From Bugula neritina (taxonomy: Eukaryota; Animalia; Bryozoa), in the NCBI GenBank assembly GCA_964035545.1, contig OZ037772.1:9727150-9791149 (forward strand): a DNA stretch of 64,000 nt. The letters run 5' to 3'. This document shows, one piece after another, positions 26,256-40,570 of this stretch. Within the stretch, counting starts at the first letter, position 1, and each line of letters starts with the position of its first letter. The notes under the pieces are model-generated. The model was not told the origin of the DNA. It saw only the letters and a program-made list of their open reading frames with translations, and made no database searches. A program made the position numbers and the translations under genes.

Positions 26256-27174
26256 TTTTTTCCTAGTTGCCCTACATCATGGCTTTTTTGTTTTCTTTTT
26301 ATGAGTGAATTTTTAACTTAAACTAGTTTGTTTGATCGAAATTCATGAGAAAATTTAAATTGTTTTTAGGGACATTGTTGAGCTCAAAGATATGCAGTTT
26401 GACACATCTAAACACGATTGTGATTTGTGTCTACATTGTGTGATGGTGCAAATTGAAATTATCAGTTTGCTGCCATTTTCACAAAAATAGACAGCTGCAG
26501 CTTTTTTAAAAAAATCGCTTTCAAAACAGCTACTATATTGACAGATCGAACTTTAAACTATTTAAAGTAAATCAAAATGTAATGAAATATTCAGTTTCTA
26601 TTAAGAATTAAAGTTTAAATCTATAATTGATCAATAAACTTGCTTTGTATAAAACAGCAAAAAATGCAATAAGATTGTTTGCTTTATTTTTTAAAAAAAA
26701 AACATACTTTAGCATAAAACTTTTTTGAAATAAATTTTTCTAAAGAGATGATTTTTGCTTGCAATGTCTTTAAAATTCTTTTTTGCAAATAGCTAATGCT
26801 ATGAGAACCTAGCTAATATTACTCTAAATAATTTTTAAATATTGCTTTTGAAATTTGAATAAACTTCTAGCAAGCAATTTCCCATTTATCATAATTTTAT
26901 TAAGCAGAAATGAGCTTTTTAAAGCAAAATATTTGTCTTTCACATATTGCAAATAGACAAAGGAATATCAAAATGCAAATTAAACTGGAAATTCAGAATC
27001 TTTTAAAAAATAAACATATAACATAAATAATTAGTGTACGTATAGTTCAATATTCCCTTAAAGTTCAACAATATAAAAAAAATTTTATTCAAAGTCAAAA
27101 CACATTAAATTTTTAATTTTTATTGTTTTCAAAAAATATTGCAACAAAAAAACTCAACTATAGATAAAAATAAT
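26256..27174. promoter_or_regulatory. Probable bidirectional promoter and 5' UTR region shared by genes A and B
   Basis: 919 bp between divergent ATGs (26255 minus, 27175 plus), with no other gene or recognisable repeat between them. Inferred from position only. Confidence 0.55.
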
Positions 27175-30100
27175 ATGAATAATTTTGCCAAAAGAATAGT
27201 TTTGTTAACCGTATTACTCTGGTAAGTAAAAATTTATACCTATATGTTATTTACTTACCAGTAATCTAGCTATTATACATATAACTAATATAATTTTCAA
27301 AGATTGATATACGCTTAATCATAAAGATATTATATATTTTTTTTAATAATGATGTGACTTTACGATGCAATCTGCCATTTATCTACAAAAAACTATTATC
27401 AAAATTCTGCAATAGTTGCAAATAATGGAGAAAAAGGCTTTCATTATTTTTTATTCACTCTAAAAATAAAATATACCTGAATATTTTCTATTTTCATAAC
27501 TCTTCCTGCTTTTATAATTACCGCAATGCACACACATGTTGTGTATTACCATTGTTATAGTTTCTATATCAAAAATACATTTTATATATTACGTTATTTC
27601 TACGATGCTTTTCATGGTAAAAATTAATGGAAATATCAAGGCTATTGCTATAATATAAATTTGTATTAGCTAGTTATATACAATTTTATTAAATACAAAA
27701 TAAAAATAATGATTATACAAATTAATAAAGTATGCAATCGCACTGATTAAAACATGCACTGTATGTATTTAATACATACAAAGCAATTTAGTGTATACAG
27801 TGCTCTGGGCATAGCAATGTATATATTCTACATTGATTTGTTCAAAGCAATTGCACTTTATTCTTTACTGCAACCAAAATAAAAACACTGAAATATATAG
27901 CTGCTAATTTAGCTATATGCATGTGTGTTTCTGCATGCGTGTTTGTGTGAGAGCATGGTGTAGGTGTGTGAGTAGACAATTTCTATGCAAGTAGTATATA
28001 TTGCATATACACAAATAACAACTAGCTTTTGTGCTGGAATATATGATATACATTTATTACGTATATTACACACACATGGGTAGTCTAGAAAGTACATACG
28101 CAGTAAGGCTGAGTGGCGACATTACGTTTGTACGGACTGGTGAAAAAGTTAAAGTAAGCACTCGAGTGTCTGGTAGCCCGTACGAAAGTTGGACAAACCT
28201 CGTAGCAATTTTTACGGCCTGTGGACAACATCGCCCTGTTTGCAGGACAGAAAGAGTTTCACTAAGAAATGATCAAAAACTTGTAAGCAATTTACTAAAT
28301 TTGTTTTCAAAATTTTCAATTTTTCAGATAATAAAAAAGTTTTCTATAACAGCTAGGGCTTGACAGTTGGTCCTGGTTTGCACAATCTGTATTGTATGCT
28401 GTTAATTGTTGATCACATTTTCTAGCAATTGTTTTATTTGTGTACATATATGTAGCATACTTCAAATCATGTATTTTATATGCAATGAAAAGGTTACCTA
28501 TTTATTTATTAGGCTATATGTACATTTTGTTATATACTATAAAAATTTTGGAAATATTATTTTATAGATTTCTGCCACATTTTCATTTCTTTATTATGAT
28601 GAAGAAATTAACTTTAGCACTCAGTTGTATCGAGGCAATCGTGTTATTTCAACAAACTTTATCAACAAGATATTTGGTAAGTGCATGCTTATAACATGAA
28701 ACAATTATTTTGTTTATCTAAAGTGTATAGTTTGAATTAGCATGCATTTAGTTGTAGATGAAGTTATGGTAATGTGCATTTACGTCAATTGCTTATAATT
28801 AAATCTGTTATTATGAGTCAATATTATGTAAAGAAACACTCTAGCCATCCTACATCACGTTCTATTTGCATAAAAAAGAGAAACACAAAATAATGTTATG
28901 TTAAAGTGGTAAACGCGCATAAATCACAAATACTTTATAGATTTCAAATATAAACAAAAATTATTCTCCTATAATGTGCTAGATGTTTGTAGAAAATTGT
29001 AAAATTGGCATTTGTTGTGCTAGTTTTCATAGGTTTACACTACTTTTTGTAACATGAAGCATTAATAATTTATTTTTCTATGCCAGAAAATAGTTTTATC
29101 AATATTCAAGGATAGACTGTTGCAACTATATAGCCACTTTTACTGTATATTAAAATAATGTGTTGATCGATCAAAGTTTAGATTAAGTTATTCTCATTTA
29201 TGAATACAAGATTTGCATCTCATAGTTATAAAACACAAAACTAAAAGCAAAAAAATCCAAAACTCTGAAACCATTTACTTTTACAATTTTGAATTAAAAA
29301 AATTCGCTTTTGCTGTTACATATAATGGAGTAGCTTTAGCAACTATGCTAGCTGAAGCCTTGCTCAAACTGTTGTATACACACATAATCTGAAATGAACT
29401 AACACACACCAGCATATATGCCAACGCATTTACATAGTGTAAGCTTAAAATATATACACACATGCACTAACACACAAAGATGCATAAAAATAAACAAAAA
29501 CAGACACCAACACACAAAAGCAAAACCATTGCACAATAAAATGAAAAAATGAATACACACTTTTGTATTATTTATGCTGAAAAAATGGCAACAAATCTAT
29601 ACACATATCTATAAAATATACATTTGTATTTCTATTCTTTTTATATTAATTATTATATTTTATTATTTGGGAAGCAGCTGTGGTTTAGGGGTTAGAGCGT
29701 TTGTCTAGTAAACACGAAGTCATGGGTTTGAGCCCTGACAAAGGCCATTGGTGATGTTAGGAAGAGCATCCAATCATAATTGCTCCTGTGCCTTATTTAA
29801 ATAAGTCCTTAGCCAGCTTTAAGAAAAACTCTTTCTATCAGGGTTTCTCACAAGGATAGTTACAATAAACTTGCGTGAGTTTTTTTCATTGTATTATATT
29901 ATTTATTGCTCGTTTAACTTGTTTCAGAGATGAATGCTGAAATAAAAGTGATAGTAGAGCACTTGAGAGACAACGTCGGTACACCAGCATATTTAGATAG
30001 GATTAGATTCATTCTGGTGCTACACTCCCGAGCCAAGTACCCCGAAGGTTTTGAGATCAGTTGCCGAAAGTATCAGGGTCTTCTTGACCAGAAGTATTCT

Positions 30101-31819
30101 GTCACTCGGCAGTTTGTCTTTAATAACTGTGAGTATACACCATCTTGTTTTGGCTCAATATCATGCAATATTCTTTTGAGAATTAAATCAATATGTACTA
30201 ACTCATTTACTCGCTCACTCACTTAGTCAATCACTCACTCAATTGCCTCCTTGTTCACTCACTCACTCGCTCAATCGCTCATCACTCATTCACTCACTCA
30301 CTCATGAACAGTAAATGTTGTCATGCTATATTTAGCAATAGTTCATAGATATAGGCCTAAACTCATTTAATTGATTGTATAATTTAATTATGGATCACTG
30401 TTTTTATTACAAAAATAATTATTTGTTATTTAACATTTTGTTAGATAATGACTTGCATCAAAAGAAAAGATATATAGATTTTGCAATATGAAAAATGAAA
30501 ATCATATTTACAGCTGTTGTTTTGATAAATTTGAACAAATTCATCAAATCTTTTGTTGGTTGCTGTGATTTGAAATGCTCATATACATATAAACTTAAAA
30601 GTTGGGTTTTTATTGAATTTGGTAAGAAAAATAAATAAAGAATTTTTGGAACGATATTATAATTTTTAAATAGTCAGAAAATGTGTAAACAAATAATGTT
30701 TCTTGTTTTTCAGCACAGAATAAAGCAATTAACGCGATGGCAAAAACAAATAATGTTCAGATAAATGGAGATCCTGCCAAAGTAGTGGATGACTCATTTG
30801 AGACTTACATTGATCTATACTCTAAAAACAACGGCGCTTGGGTGTCTTTCGATATGCAAAAAGTAACAAAAATTGGAGAGATTGAAATTTACTATGAATG
30901 GTATCACACCAGTAAGAATTTCAGTTCACTTTGTATTAAATGTTTTGCCTAATGTATATTTTTATGTTGAATCAAACTAGTAATTTAAATTATTATGACA
31001 CAATAATATTTAGTTTTTCACAAAATTATTCATACTATTTACATTAAAGAGAGAAAGATTGTTATAGCTATATAGGGTAGTAAAAGTCTATACTATTAAA
31101 GCAGTTTTAGACTAAGGGATTTTTAAATGTATGTATTGGTCAAATTACAAGCATTTTAAAACGTGATTATTATTTATAATAAATTTTTTATAATATTTTT
31201 TATAATATAAAACAATGTCAGCTATACACTTAATAGCTTTATTTTCAAATGGCTAACTTTACTACAACAAAACAACAATTGTTATTTGTCAATTGTATCT
31301 TTCTAATGACCTTCTGCCAATTGAAATTTGTCAGTTGTTTATTGCAAATCTTTATTTATTAATTATCAATTTTAAATTGTCAATATGGTTGCTAGTATAG
31401 ATCTTATCATCATTATAATATATCGATATTACTGATGGCGCAATGTGTTGGTAACAGAATAAGAGGTTGCATTGGGGTGTGGAATTATTTCAGGTGCAAC
31501 AACATGCACGATTCTATCAGCCATACTAGAGCCTCAAGTTAATCCGGCTAAAGACACACCTTGGTGGACAAATAAGGGAGACAAGTTTATACCCCCTACT
31601 AAGACATACTTGATTATAGCGAACAAAGGCCAGTTTCTGGCTCGGTACATTGCTCTGTATATTAGTGCAACGAATACAAAGATGAGACTTTATGAAATCA
31701 AAGTGTTCAGTGAATGTACGTATTATATATATATATATATATATATAATGTATGCTGATTGTCAATCTAGTTGGAGTTCCAGCAAAGTAAAGTGCTCGAT
31801 ATCACGGGTGACAGAGCTA

Positions 31820-31864
<45 letters not shown>

Positions 31865-34284
31865 GTTTTAAAATATTTCTATAATACATGTACTATATTT
31901 TGATATGTAGAAATTGCTGTGCAAACTTTTCGTAAATTACTAGCAGCACAATAAAAATAATTATTGTATGTCTAGAATAAAAAATGTTTTCTTTTTATGC
32001 TTTTCTGGGTTTAAGATCAAAAGAATGTTGGATTTGGAGCTGAAAGTTCTTCTAGTAGTGACGCCGACAAAACAACTGCGAGTAAGTCTTGTGTCGTAGT
32101 TTAAAACTTGTTGTGAATTTGAATCATAAATCTAGACAGAACAGCTACTTGTAAAGTTACAAAAGTGTTTTAAAATATAGCTTTAAAAATTACTTTACAT
32201 AAAGTGTTAACTCATCACAGCTAGGTCAACAAGTTGTGTTAACATCAAAGCTAAATTTGGATCTTTTACAAATAATATGGTAAATTACACAAAGACTTTG
32301 ATGAACATTTAAATTGAAGATGCTATAAATTATTAAATTAATTTGCTCACCATTCTTTGTACTTGATTATATTGTCCTGCTAAACTATAATATTGTATTG
32401 TTATATACTATTATCGTTGCATTATTATAAAACCTGAATACAATTTTGTCTGTTTTATCATAATATCACATTGTTATACTACTAGATGATCATAATGTGA
32501 TATGATTTATTTTTATATTACTATATCTTATCATATTATTGTATTACTGCTTGTATTACTATCCTAATGTACCAATGCAACTATATGTTTACCGTATTAT
32601 CACCGGTCAACTCTGATTAGCTATTTGCATGTACGTGTACTGTATATGCAATATTATTGATTATTATGTATATTCTGATAACACAATGTGTGGTTTTGTA
32701 GCATTCTTTCTAAACACAGAAAATGCATTAAATGGATACGTTGGCAGGAGTCACTATTACGATGGGTTCTTATTGGACAGCCCACAACCAAAATGGTTCA
32801 GAGTGTCCTTGAAGTCACTGACCTGGATTTCTCACATGTATATTTACTTCTTTGATGATAAGTGTGGTGGACCTAGCACTTGCTGTGAGTATTCATGTCT
32901 ATAATGAGAGAATAACTCTTAAATATTAAATTTCTATTTTTAGATCGCAATTGCCTATATCAATTTAAAGAAAAGCAAATGATTATTTTACTACTTCTGA
33001 AGTTCAAGAAAAACTTGCAAAAACGCCTGTGTTCTAGATGAAATATGTAATATAGCAAAGCAAACTTTGTTTTTGTGAAAATTTTGTTTCCTGTCTCAAA
33101 CCAAAATATATAAAAGGCATTTCTGCACAAAAATATATTTCACCGTGTTATTGTTGCTAACTTCAATCAACTAATTTAAGTAAATCATTATTTTTGTTGA
33201 CTAAAATATTTAGCAGGGATTATTTATATAAAACCAGATTTTCTAACAATTTTCAGTATGCAGTTTTGTGTATTGGAATTCCCACCATTTCTAGCTCAGT
33301 GGTTGAATGACGTAACAGTTACAGCTACGGCAGCTACTCCTGCTGTCGTTTCAAGGTGCAGTAGCTCTGACGTCATTGCTCCTAAATCAAACTTTATCAA
33401 AGAAAACTTTGTCAACTCGCATGTATACTCCGTGTGGCCTAACAATATCAAACAATACAGACACATCCAACTTTGCAAATCTGGACCCGGGAAGCTAACA
33501 CTGGCTGAAATGAAGATCTTTGATATTGGTAATAATAAAACATTTCACATTATCTACTTATTTGAAACTCATTGAGTGTGACTTTAGATGTAGACGTAAT
33601 TTCAAACTTTAAACATAAAAACCTTTTTTGTAAAAACTTAGAAATTAATGGCATAACTTATTATTACTATAATAAGTTACACTAGACTACTAGAAAAATA
33701 CGTTAGTATATCAGCAAATCACATAGCAACACATAATTCAAGAAATATAAAATAATATATCATATAATTTACTGTAATGAAACATAATATAATACAGTAT
33801 ATTAAAATGATATAATATACAGTATGTTTTAACATAATACAAAATAACATGATTTTTAATAATTATATTAATTAAACGTAGCATAGTAATAAAGTGTTCC
33901 ATATAATATAATATAATATGACGTGATGAATAACATTATCAACGTATAATTTTCAATATATTTTGAAATTGCAAACTAAACTAAATAAAAGTGCGATGAT
34001 GGTGAAAATACAAAATTGCTATTTCTTTCAGATTTAGACTTAGAGCGCTACGAAATGTTTGCTGTCGACAGAGCTGAAGCAAATTTCTCCAATGGTGAAA
34101 TAATGGCCTGTAATCTTAGATCCAAGACTAAAAACAAAATCTACAAATTGCAGGATTATTTGATAGTTGGTAAATGTAGTGATTCAGTGTTTCAATATTT
34201 TCTTGTGACAAACTATTTTATATTGATTCACAAAAAGTAATTTGAATGTAATCTCTAATGTGTAACAGAACAGCTGAATTATAC

Positions 34285-34350
<66 letters not shown>

Positions 34351-37300
34351 TCTATAATTGAAAAATGAATTAAGAGAACTCAATAATTTGAAAAATAGAG
34401 TATTCATATTGGGTATTGAAACTATATTGGGTATAATAAATTTATTTCCTAATTTAGATGACTACAAATTTGTTTCGCGTTGTTTAAACTACGCTCATCA
34501 TATATGTATGTATGTATATGTAATTTTAATAATTCTTTTGCAATTGTAACTCTCCACAGATCCTGCGCCCTTGAAAATATTGTCATTCTCTTACTGGCAA
34601 GACGAAGACGGCTCTCTACGAATCACGGTGACAGCAAGAAAGCTACAGGAGTCAGACATGTTTTCATATGTTGAAATGGTTATCAACGACAAAGCAACAC
34701 CATTTCGAGGGAGGCAACTGCAAGATCTCAGAGTAGGTGGCTGGTTTATATACACATCGTATAATTATATAGCATATGCATTCTTTGTACTTCAGGTATT
34801 CATAGTCAGGTTGCAGTTCTTAGAATAAGTTATGATTGTATTTAATAATAGATATACAACAAATCTAAATGCCCATTAGCAACAAAAAATTATAAAAAAT
34901 ATTTTCATGCTAATTATAGGTGTTGTGAAATTATAAAAAAGAAAGTAAATAATGTAATATGATGATTAAATTAAATGCGGTGAAATAGTATATTATATCC
35001 AATGATGAACTAGATGTTTAGTTTTATTTTATTTCTTGTATCTTGTAAATTTACTTTCTATAGTTAGGTACATTTTACAGTATCAATATAGTTTGATAAA
35101 ATATTATATATATTTAAGTCAAAAGATTGATAACATACGTAAATAGGTTAGTAACAAATTGATAAGATTCACGTATAGATTAGTGAAGATAAATAAGACA
35201 CATATACAGATAGATTAGTGAAGACAGACGGTAGATATGCGGATGTGACCATATGTCATGTGACTTGTAGCTGAGTGTGACAGGGCTGTCCTATGGTCGA
35301 GAGTATACTGTATTTCTCAGGACTGTCGCACTCGTAGAGTCACAGTATAAGAATGCGGATTCTGAAAAGAGACGATTCATCGCAGGTAGCAAAAATCTTA
35401 AAGCTAAATTCTGATTTGAATATATTTACAGTTTATATAATAAGCTATGTCAATAAACATCTAATCTATTAATCTAGTAATTTTCATTTTCAACATTAAT
35501 ATAGATTTTGATAATAAAATTTGAAATTATATAGCAGTAAAATATTTTAGATTTAAACTTATTTCTCCAGTAGACAAATAGCAAAAACATCAAAGCTAGC
35601 ATAATCATAGTAAATTGGGAAGATAAGTTGTAAAATCTAGAAGTATATTTTATAGAGCATATGTTACAATATCATATAATATAATAAAATATAATATAAT
35701 ATAATGAAATATAATATCATGCAATATAATATATTGCGTTATAATAAAATATAATATGATATGACATATTATAATATAATACAATACAATATAATACAAT
35801 ATAATATTATTTGATATATTAATATAATCCTTCCCTAAAAATTTAGTTTTAATTTCAGGCTACAACAAAACGCAATCATGTTTGTCTATTTTATACATAT
35901 AGAACCTCTACCACCGAAGGAGTTGCTATTTGAGACTTCAGGGACAACTGTGACAATGAGTTTACAGCTACATAACCCGAGATTCAATAACTTTCATCAA
36001 CTCAACATAACTTGTTCGGCGTATCCTGGCACCGTTATTGTTTCTGTAAGATCTAAAAACTATTGCTAAGTGCTCCCATTCTTGATATCTGAAAATTATT
36101 TTAATCTGGTTAAAACCGAAGTTGAACTTTGAGCTGTGAAAGTTAAGAAAAGTTTCAATTTATGCATAGATGAAAAAAGATATCTTGAAGTCATATATTT
36201 GGGAGAACCTTGTTCCAGGCGTTGCACATAACTATACAATTTGGACCATTTTTCATGGCACCCCTTCGTTAAGGTCATCCCTCGTAAGAGAATATGTCAC
36301 CAGTATGTATTATCTTAAAATACTCTTTCGTAAATAAATCAACATAAAACAATGCATTACACTACATTAATTATGTGACTGTTATAGAAACAAGATGCAT
36401 ATACTTTAAAATTATACTATAACATAGGATTTGTTTTATCTAAACACTTGTTGACTCATCTCCAACATATGCAGACGGCATAGATTAAGCGAATGCTTAT
36501 TATACCTAAAGCGCTTTTTGGTAACATTCTTATATTGTGTAATACCTTTTTTGTAAAAACAATCAAATAACTTGTTATACAATGTGCGAATCGAACAATT
36601 TTCTAATGAAAGTATAGTTCAACAGACATTTTCCTGATAAGCATGTGGTTTTTATATTAGGTAAGTTTAGGACACTTTGAGTTCTCAACTAATCATTTAG
36701 AGATGTTGTTTGTAACTGTTTACTTTCTTTTATTGACCTCTAGAGCCAATTGCTCCAACTGATCTACAAGTAAAGTACCTCTACACGGGAAGGACGAGAT
36801 TCATATGGAGAATAAAACCTACGGGAGTAAGTTCTTTAAGGTCAACGTTAAGGCTCTGCATGGTCTCTAAAAAAATTCAAGATTTTAAAGTAAATCAAGT
36901 CCTACTTCATAGGTTAAGCATGAATTGTCGTTGAATATTAAATCTTTTTGCCGTACAACATTGCCGAAAGAAAATTACACAAAAGAAAAACAGTAATTGA
37001 ATAAAGGAAAAATGCAGAAACAAATCATTTTTTGTGATTAGGTTGCTAAGCTGCATCTTTTGTCACCTATTCTCACCTATCTCTGCTTTGTCCTGCTTGG
37101 GTCTCTAAGCTAAATGCAAATACTAAATTCGTGATTTTACCTTATTTATTGTACATGCAGGACAGATAATTAAAACCAAGAATTAAAATTGGTTAAAAAT
37201 CATAAAAATTTAGCAGGTTGCCATATAATTTATAATGAGTACAAATATGTATAAGAACATAGGCTGGGAGAAAACCCTGCAACAATGAAGTGCATTTCAT

Positions 37301-38335
37301 TGTCATATTGGTAACCAAAAATGTGGTTGCGAACCAATATGGTTCCGTCCGCATATCCCAATTTACTAAAAAAATAGGAAAAAATATAGAAAATCAAAAG
37401 ACAAATTACCAAAACTTTAATTATTTAGCTGCATTTGTTATTATTCAATTAGTTTAGGGTAAAAAAATATAATAGCAGTAAACTGTGAAAAATAGCTAGA
37501 AGCTAAAGATATCAATTGTGTATTAAATTAGGTAAACTAAATTAAGGAAAGGGATATGATGTTTATACCACCACGCAAGTTTATATTCGCTATCCCTTCT
37601 GAGAAACCCCTGATGGAAAGGGTTTTTGTTAGAACAGGCTAAGGACTTATTTAGATGAGGCACAGGAGCAGTTATGACTGGATACTCTTCCTAACATCAC
37701 CAATGGTCTTTGTCAGAGTTCAAACCCATGACCTCATGTTTACTAAGCAAATGCTCTAACCCCTAGACCAGGGCTGCTTCCAGTACTGCATAAATTAGTT
37801 TATTGTAGACAACCGTGACTTTGTGTTCACAAAGCAAATGCTTTAACCCCTTGACCACGGCTGCTCCCTATGATGTTTACACTATGTGCAATATAAAACG
37901 TTATTTTTAGAAAATTGACGGTTTTATGATAGAGCTGTGTCTCTCTCAAAACCTGAGTATGTGTCCCCACAGATACTCTACAGAGTATGACCAAGTATCA
38001 TACATAGTGAGGCGCGGCATTCCACCAGTTGACGGAAACTTTACGGTCAAAGTCTACTCCGTCTCTTACAACCAGCTCAGTGATGAAAGCAACACTGTAG
38101 AGATTAGTGGAAGTAAGTATAGAATATACTATAAAATAAATGACTGCAAAATAAGGCTGTATTATATTACAAAGTGTACTAAGATAGGCAATCCTGAAAA
38201 AAGTTATTTCTGCGAAATAGTATTTTAAATAAGTGGCGTAAAATGTTCTAAATTAATGCACTATTTTTTGTAATGAGTTAAATAGGTGCAAGTTATGGGC
38301 CTATATATTTTATTATATCATGCGAAAGTAGGTTG

Positions 38336-38390
<55 letters not shown>

Positions 38391-40186
38391 CTATAAAATA
38401 TAAAAAACAAGTTGTTATAATAAGATAACTTATATTATACCTCAATTTGTGAGAAAATAAATGACTGTTAAATGAGTCTATATTATATGGTAACTTGTGA
38501 GGAGATAATGTAAGTGACTGTATAAAAATAAGTTAAACTATGCTGCAGAATGTAATAAAATACAAGACTATAAACAAGTGTATATTATGTTTCAGGGTAC
38601 CAACAGTACAAGGGATTTGCGGGAGGAATGACAGTGTTTGGAATAACTGTTTGGCTACTTTCACTAGGTGTCATCATTTTCTAGTAGGTGTCATCATATT
38701 CTAGTAGGTGTCACCATTTTCCAGTAGGCGTCAACATCTTCTAGTAGGTGTCATCTTTTTCTAGTAGGTGTCACCATTTTCTAGTAGGTGTCATCATATT
38801 CTAGTAGGTGTCAGCATTTTCTAGTAGGTGTCACTATTTTACATTAGGTGTCACCATTTTCGATTAGAAGTAGCAGGTGCCTGGATGTTGTATCTTGCAT
38901 ATCATATAAAACTTACTATTGTTTATAAAATCATAGCATATATAAGCTTGCCATTGTTTATCAAGTCACATCGAATAGAAATTCACTAGCTTTATATGGA
39001 GTCTCAATCTTTTGAACAGCTTCTGATACAAATTTTGGTCTTAAGCAGACTAAGGACTTTTTTTCTGTTGCAGCAAAATTTTTTTTCAGTAATTTGACTT
39101 CAATACCTTATTTTCAATTGGTGAACCTACAGTAAAACAAATTAATTATGTATGAATATTTATTTATAGAAGCTTTTTTGCATTTTAGTTGCTATGGTAT
39201 CGGGAAGATGTACGAGTTTTACGAAGGAGCAGTTGGAAAACTAAAGTATGTCAATTAAATTTTTATATTTTCAAGTAGATAATACCTTAGAAAGTCCATG
39301 TGCAATACCTTGGAAATTAAATGTGCAAAACGTTGGAACTTTAATAATGATCTCTATTCTTATATGAAAAAATTCTGAATGATAGAAAAATAGTTTGCTT
39401 TGGTGTGAAAAAAATATAAAATTAGAATAACATATCCTTTAAATGCTCCCTCCCACACAAAATCGACATAAGTGTACTTAAAAAAAACTTAAAACATGCA
39501 AATTGATAACCCTAATTACAACAATCAAGCATTAAACATTTCTAAATTGAACTTATAAATGTCTATATAGTAAATGCTAAATTGCACTTAATTTTTTTAT
39601 AAATATATATGATTTTATAAGCATAAACTAAACTTAATTTACTGAATATTAGTATTTTAGTTTGCAAGTTGATTTTGTAAAGTATTATTTTGTTTTACTC
39701 GAATTTAAACCCTTGACCTTCAGCTTGCAAGTGTAGTAATCATTACGCAGCAGGGACTGCTTAGTATAGATTCAACGCTACACATTTTGCTTTTTTTACT
39801 TAGGAAATTTAGCCTTCGAAGTCTTTGTGGCTGCTGTAAAAAAGAAACGAAGACTGTTGAAGTGGTGAAGATTCAACAAATGTAAGTGCATAGTTATAAT
39901 TACATTAGAGAGCAGACAACTCATTGCAACGTTGATATATTTTCATCAGTTGTTTTAAAAACACTTAAAATATAGCTTAGTAATTGCAATATGAATGGCT
40001 ACTAAAATAGACTATATTTAACAATAGAACTAAACTGTAGTTTACAAAATGTATTTGTGTATTTGCAGTCAGATACTGAAGCTAGATACAGGGAATATAT
40101 CAGATTCAAAGGATGAGATGGTGATGAATCAGGGAAAGAGAGTAGGAAAAGTGCCAGCGCACATGAGCAATGGCAATAGATATTGA
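27175..40186 (+). CDS. Gene B: paralog of gene A with the same ectodomain and TM and a short (~80 aa) tail, ~928 aa
   Basis: 20 GT-AG exons: 27175-27221, 28084-28282, 28568-28676, 29928-30128, 30714-30911, 31494-31715, 32016-32081, 32702-32884, 33295-33528, 34032-34169, 34560-34732, 35271-35385, 35903-36045, 36170-36302, 36744-36826, 37911-38112, 38596-38683, 39189-39245, 39804-39881, 40069-40186. Total 2787 nt, open frame. Signal MNNFAKRIVLLTVLLCLESTYA. Motifs shared with A include RPVCR, VTKIGE.E.Y, YSVWPNNI, LAEMK, IPPV.G.F...VYSVS.N and FYC.GI.K. Confidence 0.85.
29669..29880 (+). mobile_element. Same SINE family copy
   Basis: Near-complete match to the 23843 copy. Confidence 0.88.
30203..30304. 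repeat. (ACTC)n microsatellite
   Basis: Direct inspection. Confidence 0.85.
34286..34346. repeat. (TA)n microsatellite (others at ~13735, 15745, 31725, 31825, 38339)
   Basis: Direct inspection. Confidence 0.95.
37570..37869 (-). mobile_element. Same SINE family: one full copy (37570-37781) plus an extra head (37811-37869)
   Basis: Reverse-complement match to the 23843 copy. The second fragment ends GACCACGGCTGCTCCC. Confidence 0.85.
38664..38863 (+). repeat. Minisatellite, 10 x 20 bp (GTAGGTGTCATCATTTTCTA), starting inside the TM exon of gene B
   Basis: Visible 20-nt period. The first unit is coding (LGVIIF). Units 2-9 each begin with GTAGG. Confidence 0.95.
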
Positions 40187-40205
40187 TACATAATTATGTT
40201 GTATT

Positions 40206-40280
40206 AACTATGTCAAACTATGTCAAACTGCTTCAAACTATGTCAAACTATGTCAAACTATGTCAAAATGTGTCAAACTT
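40206..40280. repeat. 10-bp tandem repeat (AACTATGTCA)n in the 3' UTR of gene B
   Basis: About 7 units starting 20 nt after the stop codon of B. Confidence 0.9.
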
Positions 40281-40570
40281 TTCAAAAAAGTTATTTAGAG
40301 CTCTAAATTTTAATTTCTCCCTAGTGGAAACTATTTTAAAATGTGGAATAAATTACCGATTACCGAAAAAAGCCTAAATAATATAAAAAATAACTTTCTA
40401 TATTGGCTATTCAAACAATATATAGAGTGAGTGCTTTCAAAAATATTCACAAAAAGGGTTTTAATAAAAGTCATGCTAAGAGACATAACTGTCTATTGGT
40501 GATAATTTATTATCAAGAAAGACTCGACAGCAACAACTAAAATATTTTTTTCTCAAAATTTGCCTAAAAA

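Noticed and set aside
38664-38863. Regular array as a CRISPR
   Set aside because: Contiguous 20-bp units with no unique spacers, no cas genes, and a eukaryotic intron context.
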